From Bigelowiella natans CCMP2755 (lineage: Eukaryota; Protista; Cercozoa): a DNA stretch of 63,330 nucleotides. The DNA is taken from contig ADNK01001089.1 of the NCBI GenBank assembly GCA_000320545.1, positions 1-63,330 of the forward strand, written 5' to 3'. Made by a program: the position numbers and the translations under genes. The first letter of the stretch is position 1, and every line of letters begins with the position of its first letter. This document shows positions 25,962-37,416 of this stretch, piece after piece. The notes beneath the pieces were generated by a model, which searched no databases, was not told the DNA's origin, and saw nothing but the letters and a program-made list of their open reading frames with translations.

Positions 25962-26125
25962 CGAAGTTACGTTGTTGTTCCTATTGTTCTGCATTTTTAT
26001 GATTCAGACCATAATTACTCCCACATATATCCATAATAATTTGGACTTTATAATTCATGCGATTTTAGAATTGCGTCAAGGGCCCCTCGAGGATTTACCG
26101 GTACTAGATTTATATTTTGAAACTC

Positions 26126-26893
26126 ATGGCTCTTGCCCTGTTCCTGGCCCTGGCCTCATTGGTCACGTCGACCTCTATTCGAAGAACCGTCGCCCAAGCG
26201 CCTCGAAAGACGATACTCAGAGATCTTGGTCATGGAACTACTGTAACTCGCTTCGGGAAAATAAGAAATGGCGAGATAACGAGATACCATGACCACTCAA
26301 CGATGCGCATGGGTGCTACGTCGACGATAGATCCTCTGCCTTCTCCACCAACCTTGGACGTTGTGGTGATAGGTCTCGAGGATGTATTGGTACCATCTTC
26401 GAGCTCAAGCAACTCTGGCCTCTTTAGGGGCCTCGACTTCTCAATGCGGCGGGCATGCATGCCGTATTATGTTGTGACTAAGTTAGCAAAGGATGAAGCG
26501 AGCCGACGACTGATATCGGCTGCCGACTACCTCTCTGATTTCACTCCTGAGTCACCCCGTCTAAAATCTGGCGATAAGGTGGAAGCTATTAAAGATATAC
26601 TGGGAAGGATGCCCCCAAACTCAAAGCTCCACTATGTTGACTCTGATGTAGAGATTTTGGAGCACGTTGCTGGAAAGTCGATGGACATCGACCTGTACTA
26701 TGCAGCATGGGCTTCTGATTCAGAGTCTGAGGCAGAGGATGTATTGAAGAAAGGAAACGGAAAGATTGCTCTTATTCAATTGGATGAGTTTGCGGGAACC
26801 ATGCAGTGGGGCTTCGGCTTAGGGGATCAATTATGGGATACGTATTTGGTCAGCAATGACGGGGCACCGATGGAGCCCAAGGGCAAAATATAA
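26126..26893 (+). CDS. HAD-superfamily-like protein with degenerate motif I and bipartite plastid-targeting N-terminus; intronless
   Basis: Signal MALALFLALASLVTS followed by an Arg/Thr-rich transit-like region. Mature part VVVIGLEDVL...YYVVTK...KVEAIKDI...LHYVDSDVEILEHV...DLYYAAWA resembles the cyanobacterial/plant HAD family pattern DFDGV...YIVTTK...LHFVEDR...LYLA.WGY. Confidence 0.65.
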   Translation: MALALFLALASLVTSTSIRRTVAQAPRKTILRDLGHGTTVTRFGKIRNGEITRYHDHSTMRMGATSTIDPLPSPPTLDVVVIGLEDVLVPSSSSSNSGLFRGLDFSMRRACMPYYVVTKLAKDEASRRLISAADYLSDFTPESPRLKSGDKVEAIKDILGRMPPNSKLHYVDSDVEILEHVAGKSMDIDLYYAAWASDSESEAEDVLKKGNGKIALIQLDEFAGTMQWGFGLGDQLWDTYLVSNDGAPMEPKGKI

Positions 26894-27424
26894 GTTCACG
26901 ATAGGACTGGATATATGTAAGCTTCTATGAACAATAAAGTTATGATTATTATTTACATCGTAAGTGGTATACACGCCCGAAACACATGCAGCTAATAGTG
27001 GGCAACAGCAGAGGCCGCGAATTGCGTAGCAATGATGTTTTTTTAACTTGGCAATGTTGTTGTGTTCGTGCTCTCATGCATGCAATTGCTTTCATCGTGC
27101 GACATGATGCGCACTACTCACAAAAATGCTCACATGCTAGCTTAGGTGCATTTACTTGTATACCGCTTCGCACAGGCTGTCCATGCATATCTAGCTAGAT
27201 GTCCCCATGCATTCACTTTGACTATATATATTTATCTAAATAAACGTGTTTAATGTTACGTTGTCCTAAATGGAACGTTATTACTTACTCGCGAAGTCAT
27301 AACAGTCTTGCCTGGTGTTACTGATGAGTAAGTCGCTGTGAGTGTATCAACCACTTGCTTTCCCCTAGAACTTAATGTTCTTCGACACGCAGGGTTGCTA
27401 TTGCAATGCATCATTGATCGATAG

Positions 27425-29089
27425 TTATATAAGATGAGAACTAGACCTGTGGCTAGCATGGAGATCGACATGGCTCCTGTCAAAGTGTTTTTTCACCATC
27501 GCGTCGAAATAGTTGATGGCCTTCCGCACGTACTCGCGCTTTTGCTTATACGGCTCGGGAGAGAAGGATCTCTTGAAGCCACAGATCGTAATATCGCGCA
27601 GCTGTTTGAGAGTAAGACCGAAATTATCTATGGCCAAACGGTATTCCTTGGGGATAGTGGTGTTTGATACGAGGCGATTATCCGTGCAAAGCGTCACGGA
27701 GAGCTGTCGGTCTACCATTTTGCCGAAAACATGGTTGTTCACATTTCCCTTTAGTTCGGGCATTGTTTGCAGATTGGAGGTTAGGCAAACCTCTAGGGTG
27801 ATTCTCTTGTCACACACCCACTCCACAAGGCTGCTGACGTACTGCTTTGCTTCCTTCTGGGTCTTTCCAGATTGACTCTGCTGCATAGCAAGATCCCAAG
27901 AGAAGAGATGGAAACCGTGTCCAATCCTTGATGCATGAAGATCTGTAATGGCCTGGAAGATCGACCCAGGACCATAGCCCTCACCAGCGTGCACTGTTTT
28001 GTTCATAAAATTTTTCTTCGCGTAATTGAATGCGTCCATGTTCCACTCGGCAGGGAAGCCTTTCTCAGCTCCCGCCATATCTATACCTACGACGGGGAGC
28101 CCTAGCTCATCACGTGCGAATACAGCAGAAGCGACAAGTGCCCTTGATGCATATGCAACCTTTTTCCTCATAGGTTCGTGCTCATGCAAGGCACATAAGG
28201 AGCGGTAGTATGGGGAGAGCTGCTTGTAGATCATGCGCATCGCGCAGCAAATGATACCGTATCCGTACCCTGGCTCGTCGCCATCCTTGACTTCCTCTCT
28301 GCTATTCCATTCCTCTGAAGCTCGTTTTAACCCCTTGCTAACATAGTATATGGCAGAAACGCAGTCCGAAAGTGGATTGTTTTCTTTATCGATATTTGCA
28401 TCTCCGTCCTCCTTTCCGTCTCCACCGCTCTTTTTGGCAGAAGGGTCAATATGCAGCTGAGGTGCAAAGCGTACTTCAATGTAGCGGATTCCTTCCTTAA
28501 AGCAGTCAACTCCTAATTCGTAAGCGATCCTTTCCATTGCACTTCCTATTCTCATCACGGCGGTTGTATACTGGAAGCCTTGCAAGTACTCGGGTAGGTC
28601 TTTGTATGTGTCCTTGAAGACCTTCTCGCGAAGTCCCTCTGGCGTGCTGGCCGGAAGTTCAACACCTACACGTCATTGTAGCGGAAGAACCAACCAAAAA
28701 AATATAAAATATATGACTACAAAGTGCTCGACAAAATTATGAAAGAGCCGTCGACAGGATGAATGGAAGCTTTTAAATGCTTGCCTTGCTGCTTGGCTAA
28801 TTCAATGAGCGTTTCCAGTCGCACTGAACCGTCAAGGTGGAGATGCAAATCTGTCTTAGGTATATCCCTGATGAAGGCATCCGTGACCTAAGTAAGCGAT
28901 ACGACAGCATTGCTGAACCAACTCACCTGATCGAATCATACAAATCGCACCAGCATTATCATCGCTCACCTGTATAACCCTGTCCTTGCCGATGTAGCAG
29001 TTCTCAACTTTCTTCTGTGGAAGAATAGAAGCATTCAAACTTTTGATCTCAACTGTCAATATGACCTTGTCCCGTACCTGCTCTGACAT
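27425..29089 (-). CDS. ADA: Adenosine deaminase
   Basis: IPKTDLHLHLDGS (Zn-binding His pair), IRYIEVRFAPQLH, VVGIDMAGAE, TVHAGEGYG, RIGHG, LEVCLTSN, TLCTDNRL. One intron needs a GC donor (28784). Confidence 0.93.
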
Positions 29090-29572
29090 GTTATCGTCTT
29101 TTCTGGTTGCGTGAATTTTTTGAGGGTTGGTTACCGAAGATATGATCACATATGACCGGTGCTGACCTGAGATTGTGACTGCGACATGCCCAAACCTCTC
29201 ATTTAAATCCTAAATGATCTTTATTTTGTCCCATTATTTGGAGTAGGTTACAGTAGAAATGGGGTTGCCGATGCTCCTTCCGATAAAACACCGGCCTTCA
29301 CCATTGCTGACAACACATGCAACAACTCGGATCCAACCCCGTTTTTTGATTTTTTTTCCCTTTAAGTGGTATGTGCCGAGAAAGAGTTTCGGATTTTTTC
29401 AGCTCATGATACGTCAAACATATGACGTAGGAATAAAACTTTGGTGAATTCAAGCTGAAGGGCATTGTCCACTAGCTTACGCTACGACTCATTTTCACTC
29501 TCACCTCTTCCGATTCCTCAGTTTACAGCTTGTATTGGACTACGTCTGGATACTTTTCATTGTCGTAACTTA

Positions 29573-30271
29573 ATGGGGTGCCAAGTGCGTTGCGAAATGC
29601 ATCGGTGGAAATGAAGTTTCTGCAGATACTGGTGTAAATATCATGCAGTTTCAGTCTACGACATGCAAGAACTGTTGTCTCTAAAATAATGAATCGTGCG
29701 CAGATTCAGCAAGGCAATGCCTTCCAACTTTACATTTATGACGCTTGAGTAGCTCGATCATTCGATGCTATGCTTCCTCCCCTCCCCTCACGCATCTAGT
29801 CTTGCTCTGAGAATTGTATTACTTTTCAATCCTGTGATATTAACAGATATTGGAAGTTCGCGAGCCACCATTCCAATTCTGATCTGAATTTTGAAAGCAT
29901 AACCAGTTTACCTGCGGTCTAAGTAATAGACCGCCTTCCACAATAGGAACTCCCTGCAGTCATCCAACACCACCCCCTTCCATAAAAGATTCGGAAAAAC
30001 CAGAAATAGTAAAAAGTATGGATCGGGGGGTTGGTGAAAATGAGAAAGAAGGCAAAGGGGCTAACCCAGCCCCAGCAAAAGAGGATGAGGCTAATCTATC
30101 TCTCGCTGCTGCAATAAAGGTTGCTTTATATTTCCGGTTCGCAAACATCGATACGTAATTTTATAGTCATCTTCTGTGTCCTTTATATTTTGATTGTTTG
30201 GAAATTTACTTTGGAAATTTGTTCAAATTTAGAGCATAGTTCTCGTAAGTGATCAATTGCAAAATCAAACG

Positions 30272-30342
<71 letters not shown>

Positions 30343-32538
30343 GCGACACCACTGAACGTAGGTGCAGAAGCTATTTCGAGGATTCAAGGTCATGATGACA
30401 ACAAAACGTCCATACCAATATGCGACATGCAAAAGCTGACGATACTATACATCCTTAGGATCGCCACAAATGGAAGAGAAGGGTTCTTATTGAAGCATGG
30501 GACGAGCTTGAAAAGAGGGTCATCATGCAGCCATTATACATGCGTTTGAAAAAACATTGAATGTTTTTTGGGTTGCTTCAGGAGGAGAGCGAGCTCCACT
30601 ACTCAAGCCGTGAGATTGGTCGCATGACTGAGGTAATCAGTGAGTTCTTTCACTTGAATTGCGAGAAATCGAAATAAATTTCCCTTATGCGTTGCTGCAG
30701 ATGTACGAATCTCTTGCGAAAAATGCAGTGATTGATAGCGATGGTGCAAAGAAGGAACGGAGACCATCCGCTGTCTTAAAGAACAAAGATGAAGGTCAGA
30801 AATCAATCCTCGAAGTTACGAAATTGTATGCTAAGGGCTAATACCGTAGAAATCGTTCAGACTATATATGATGATTTTTTGCATGGAACGTGTATTTATA
30901 TGTTATTCTATATCTTGTTTGAATGGTGAAGATAAAAAGGATGCTTTCAAACCTACGTTGTCGTGGTTGACGGCATTTATGGACAACTGCCGAAATCCTT
31001 CGGAAAACAAGACAATCATGGAAGAAAAAAAACTCGAGTCCCTACTGACTCAGGTAGTAGTTTTTCCTCAAAGTAAAAAGCAGTAGATCTATCCTTCATT
31101 AGCGACCAACTGGGATCATGATTCATGATGCAACGTCGTCTCACTTTAACAGGCTTCAGCGGCGCTAAAAAAACTTCCGAATGTGGTCGATATCGAGCTG
31201 AAAGGAAAGGTCTCCCTCATCATCGTTGGCGACTTGCACGGTACTTATTAGAATTGAACTAAACTGATTTTCCATGTATTTTCCCCATCATCGCGCGCCC
31301 ATCACGAGCTTGCAAAACTTGGCTTATGAAAGACCTCCCTTCCCCTCCCCAAACCGAACAGGTCAAATTCGCGATTTATTGCATATACTCAAGACTCAAG
31401 GCTTACCCACGAAGGACAAATGGTTTCTTTTCAACGGAGACTTCGTAGATAGAGGCAAGAACGCTTGTGAAGTGACGATCATCCTTTTCGTCCTGAAGGT
31501 GGATTGAAGACGATATTGCTTGTTATTTCAACCATCGTGTGTTCACACAACCAAGCATTGCCCCACCTCACATTCTCTCCTCCCCCCCCCCCCCCCCCTC
31601 TCTCTCACTCCCTCTCGAACACAAACGTACACACCCGCAACACCGCCACTACCACTACCGCAAATACATTGACTTCCAAGGGAAAATTCTTACTCTTTCT
31701 AGTTGCTATTTGGGGACTGGGTGTTCTTGAACCGCGGAAATCATGAGGCAGATGATATCAACGCCCGAGATGGTTTTATGGACGAATGCCCCTCCAAATA
31801 CTCGACAGCTATGTATAAAGCTTACAACCAATGCTTCGCTGCGCTGCCTCTCGTCCACATCATCAACAAAAAGGTGGGTAAACCAAGGAGAGTAGGCGAG
31901 CGAGTGAGCGAGTGGTGTATCATTATCGATGTTTGAACCATACAATATTGGGTGGTTGTTAACCATTAGACAATGGTCGTACACGGAGGACTCTGCTGGG
32001 ACGCTGGTGTCACGGTCAAAAAAATACAAGAGATTGACCGATTTTGCCTCCATCCTGCGTGGGAGTCTATCATGGAGGTAGTAGTAGTAGTAGTAGTAGT
32101 TGTTGTTGTTGTAGTAGTAGCAGTGGTAGGAGTGATGGTGGTGGTCGTTATTGGAAGAGGAAGGGGGGGAAGAAGAAATTCATGCATTGTGAAAGAAAAG
32201 GGAGACGAAATAAAGCCGGAAGGGGTCATAAAATTTATGTAATTTAAATCTGCGGAACAACCTCATTAATCATGAGCATTTTCATTATTATCATCAGGAT
32301 CTTCTTTGGAGTGACCCAGGTGGGCCGAAGCACTGCGGTGCTTCACAGAATGATAGGGGATGCGGCTGCATATTCGGAGAGGTAATAATTATTTTCTATC
32401 AACTATCAGCACTTCTGTCTTGAGGTAGTAATAGTTGTGGTGGTGGTGGTTGTGGTGGCAAGTTCAACCGAGCCTTAATAGAACGTTGATGATTACAATT
32501 TATGATAATGCTTGAAGATTTCCACTCTACATGTGTTC

Positions 32539-32582
<44 letters not shown>

Positions 32583-33206
32583 TCACAGATTACGCGTTGT
32601 GCATATTCACATTATTACCCAACCTCCATTTGTTCCTCTTACTTTTCTTCTTCTTCTCCTTCTTCTTTGGTCTCCTTCTCGCTTGTTGCAGGACATCGTG
32701 GACGAGTTCTTTGAGGATAACCCCCCACTCAAAATGGTTATCCGCTCGCACGAAAAGAAAGACCAGGGATTCGAAGAGTAAGTAGTATCTAGTTTATGAT
32801 GGTAATAATGGTAATTATGATATAACTACGATGGCGATGAGAAAGCAAATAATTTTTCCTTTTTTGTTTTTTTTCCTTTCCGTCCTTCTTATTTTTCTCA
32901 TATATCTGCTGCTGTTCTACAAATAGGCACTTCCATGGAAAGCTAGTCACCGTTTTCTCGGCATCCAACTACTGCGGTAGGTGACAGCAGAGTTTCTCTC
33001 TGATTTAAGCAAACATTACAAGGGGGTTAGTGTGGGGGAGGTGGGGAGGTTCAAAATCTAATGCACGTTTCAAACTGCTGCAATGTCCTGCAATGTCTTA
33101 ATAGGCGACAACGGCAACGATGGTGCTGTTCTTGAGGTCTTCCCTGACCTCAAGTACAAGATACATCAGTTTTATGCTACGCCGATGAAGGAAGGTCAGT
33201 TAGAAC

Positions 33207-33239
<33 letters not shown>

Positions 33240-34445
33240 AAATGACGACGACACATGGTTTTCATGCACATTTTTTTTAAATCCCCCCCATCTGGCACAA
33301 CTTGCATGCATCACTTAACTCGAAGAAGACCGCAACTTCGAGTGTGCAACGCCTAATCGTGATGACACACCTCCATTACGGACAATCCGTATTTAATATT
33401 TTTGTTTGTTTCTTAGACGACGCGAAGTTCTCCGACAGATACTGCACCTTATCTGCAACGGTCAGAAATCGCTTGCCCCCCACCACTTTACCGTTTCCTA
33501 GACTCTATACCTGATTGTACTTTCTGTTTCGTGGGAACAGTCATAATGTATTTCAACGCCATGTGATCGTTATCGTTCCATCTCCATCATCATCAGCATC
33601 ATAGTCATTGTCATCATCATCATCATCATCCCGTCGTTTCACAATGTACAGGTGGCAGCGAAACTAATTCATAGGATAGCTGAGAACCGACTCGAGCTCC
33701 TCGAGTATTACTCCAAATGCACGGGTTTGAACAAAGAGGCAAAGGAGGTAATACCAATGATAGAACAACTGTTATGGTAGGAATAGACATCATAATCCTC
33801 GCACACATGTACGTGGTGTCTCATACTTGCAATAATAGACGAGAAAGGAGGGAATGAGGAGAGAGAGGAGGAGGGAGGGTAGGGCGGGGATCGCCTTTGG
33901 ACGAAGATGATTTCTATCCGCTTCCTATGCTTCGGTGTTACTGATCGTTGCTTCTCTCGCTCGAGCACAAAAGACAAAAGTAATAAATATATCAGGTGAA
34001 GAACGACAAGCAGTCTGTAATCACCCGTGTGGAATGGGCGAGGGGCCTCCGGGAGATCTTGGGACTGCGAATTCGATTCTTGTTCCTTCAGGAGACTCTG
34101 GGACTGCCTTTGCGTGGTGTTAACGGCAAGAAGAAAGGTGGGAGTATAAAAAAATACACGGGAATCGAGAGTTGTAGTAGTAATAGTAGTAGTAGCCACT
34201 TATATGGGGGACTATCTACGATACAAGTAAGAAAAGTTCAGGTGAGAGCAGGGTATTCATCATCATCATAATCATCATCATCATAATACCACATTTAGGC
34301 AAGATCAACTACATGGGATGGCTGTCCAAATTTGCTCCTTCGAATACCAAGTGAGTAGTGTATGCATGATGATAAAAAGCTTAATTCTCTCCTTTCTCCC
34401 CGTCTCTCTCTCTCTCTCTCTAAGAAATAAGAATCAGGAATGATG

Positions 34446-34482
<37 letters not shown>

Positions 34483-34801
34483 TACTACTACAACAAAAAC
34501 ACCAATACAACACTATGCTATTCTTGGTAGCATTTCGAAGGAGGGAATTAATGCATTCTGCATGCTTTTCATAAGAGGAAAAAATGACTATAATTCATTG
34601 TCCACTCCTTTACAGTATAGCATGCTCCTTGTTACTATCTTCTTTCTTCCAACCGTCTTTTCTCCCTCTCCAGGCTTCTGAAGCTTTCTGTAAAAGAGGG
34701 TGGCGTCAAAATCCAGGAAACCCTCGAAAAGATAACCAATCTTCTCCTTAAACATAGGTAATTCAGTAATGCAACCGTTGTCGTTGAAAGTATAATACAT
34801 G

Positions 34802-34838
<37 letters not shown>

Positions 34839-35006
34839 GTTCTTTCCCCCTCAGCACCGCTGTTTACTGTTTCTTACGTCCTTCTTGTTGTGTCGATTGA
34901 GCTCCTTCCTCCCCTCACCAACTTGCAACAACCTATACTACTAGGGTTGCCGTCAAGTCCATGTTCCGATACTTCGATGCAAATTGTGACGGAAAGGTGG
35001 TGTGCG

Positions 35007-35051
<45 letters not shown>

Positions 35052-36572
35052 CGCGCGCGTAAAGCGCATGCTTGCTTGTCCGACCTTAGAAATATAAGAC
35101 AAGGATCGATTCAACGGGTCGTCGTTGTCTGCATTGTATATTTATTTACGTTTGTATGTTTGTAAGCACAAGCTGCGCATCTTTATCATTCTCCTCCTTC
35201 TCCTCCTCCTCCTGTCATCACAATATTCAGGTATCTCCAGAGGAACTTACCAACGGACTTGTGTGCCTAAGCAAGGTTTGGATCATTCAATGATAATGCA
35301 TGTATGCATGAATGTCTGAATGGAATGCGAACCGGAACATAAAGTTGGTCGTTAGTCATGCTCTCTATCTTTCTCTCCCCCTCTTCTCCCTCTTCCCCTC
35401 TCGCTATCTCGACCACGCATGTAGTATGGTAAACAATCTGAAATTCGTATAAGCTTCTCTCACTCAACTCACCCGTTGTACTCACTACTACACGGAAAGG
35501 TCTACAATGAGGATTTCTCCGAAGAAGAAGTGAAGAAGTTAGTCGCAGAGCTCGACAAGGACGGCGACGCCTCAATCGATTACTCCGAGTTCTGCGAGGC
35601 CTTTTCTGTTGCCAACCCCCAACTAGCTGAGGTAGTAAGTGAGTGATGATGATGATGATGATGATGATGGTGACGATGATAGAGGAGGTGGCGGATCTAG
35701 CCGTTGTGGTTAGCACGGAAAGAAAGGGTTCGTGCGTGGTGTGTGGTCCTACGTTGGTAATAACTTTATTCTTGTTGTTGTTGTTCTTTCTTGCAGGCGA
35801 TTAAGAAAGTGCCTGCTGACACTGTGATGCGAGGATCTGGTTCAAAATTGGAGAAAGTGGTATGATGTGTCGTGTTTGTATATTTGATAGTTCATGTATG
35901 CTGTAATCGTGGAAAAAACCGAGATGAAAGACGAAAACGTGGTTTGCACTACTGTACTCTCCTCTCCTCCCTCCCTGCATCTTCATGCTTCTTGCACTTT
36001 TTCTGTGGGAGGAGGAAATATGCCGTAGTAGTAAATCCCTCTACCTTCCTTGTTTTGGGCATCATAAATTGTGTGTGCTGTATTTTGGTGACTGTTCCTT
36101 TACTTTTGTTGTTGGGCATCTTTTGGTGGTGTGTCTCGATGATGATGGGGCTGACGGTGGTGCTGGTGGTGTCGTGTTGGGTGGGTTGGCGGGATACGAC
36201 GGACCTTTCCCGTTTCCTACCAACCAATGACATATCTCCTTGCGGTTATAGCCTTATTCTCTCTATCGCGGAGAGTCTAAGCTATCCCTGAGGGGAACTC
36301 GTAGAGCACGACAGAGCTCACCGCGATAGTATTGAGAACAACCATAACAACAAACCCCCCTTGTCGTCTGTGATCGGGTCAAGAAAGGGAGGGGAGTGGA
36401 GTGGTGGTGTTCTTCTCATGTAGGAGAGGGACGAGCCAATCTAAACCTCATGAGTTGCCTTTTCTTCCTCCCCTCCCCCTAATACTTCCTCCTTCCTCTC
36501 CTCCAACGTACAGAATTCAAAACGAGGCGTGAGGGTGTCGCGCTTGAATAGCGTGAATCCTGAATCACAATG
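29573..36572 (+). CDS. PPEF: Ser/Thr protein phosphatase with EF-hands (PPEF/RdgC family), about 25 exons; last exon uncertain
   Basis: MGCQ / FTCG N-terminus (predicted myristoylation and palmitoylation). IQ motif AAAIK / VQKLFRGFK. PPP motifs VGDLHG, FNGDFVDRG, LNRGNHE, VHGG, DLLWSDP, IRSHE, TVFSASNYC. C-terminal EF loops DANCDGKVSPEE and DKDGDASIDYSEF. Confidence 0.92.
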
Positions 36573-37206
36573 AGCCTGCAGGATATAATATACTGATAAC
36601 AATATTGATGATCATACGGCTGTTCTCGGCAGCACTCGGAAAATAAAAGATCTGACTACAAACTACTTAAACGGGTTGTTCTATGATGAGATGTGATGAG
36701 ATTCTATGACTTTTCTGCCAACATATGGAGATCTGGAAGCATAAAACAATATACTAATCGTGTACGTGCTCTATTTTTGTTGATATTACGTGAACGAAAT
36801 TCACATAATTATATTCCACTAATGGTCTTCAATGCGTACATGCACAACGTGAGAGTGACCGCTAGGTACTGTATTGAGTCATACACGCGTAATTCTATAT
36901 ATCTATCTAGCTATCTGCAAACACCATTAGTACGCTAGCATATCCAGATACATAGCAATGAGTACGGCTAGGCTGCAATAAAATGGCTGCATGCTTCCCA
37001 ATAATAAGCCGCAGGGCTCTGCTATAGCTCTTTCTTTGCGGGAGTTCAATTTGGACACATCAACCTAGGGAATGTGCGAATCGAATAGTACGTGCAGTGA
37101 ACTCCAATAGCTTTCCAATGTCAGTTAGCAGTACATGCGCGACGTGGCTGCGACATACATCTGGATGTGTGCATGTAAGTCGTATGTATACATGAGACCG
37201 CTGTTT

Positions 37207-37269
37207 TGCACAGAGCTACATTAGGATGACTATTGAACACATTTAATCACTTCATTACACCCGTCTCAT
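37207..37269 (-). repeat. Third copy of the dispersed repeat / MITE end
   Basis: Reverse complement ATGAGACGGGTGTAATGAAGTGATTAAATGTGTTCAATAGTCATCCTAATGTAGCTCTGTGCA matches the 11.8 kb and 19.3 kb copies. Confidence 0.75.
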
Positions 37270-37416
37270 GAAATCGCTATAATATGAACAGCTGCCTGCG
37301 ACGATGGCTAGATGGCTTTACTAGTTTTATCTAATGATAATGTTCGCGTCTTAAGGTCGTTGATGACTGAATTTTATCATATCGATTCAATGTAAGCTAG
37401 GCATCATCCTCGCCGA

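Noticed and set aside
29573-29632. Alternative PPEF start MGAKCVAKCIGG requiring a 1-nt deletion
   Set aside because: The MGCQ|gtgcgt exon splices in frame with no indel and matches the family MGC start.
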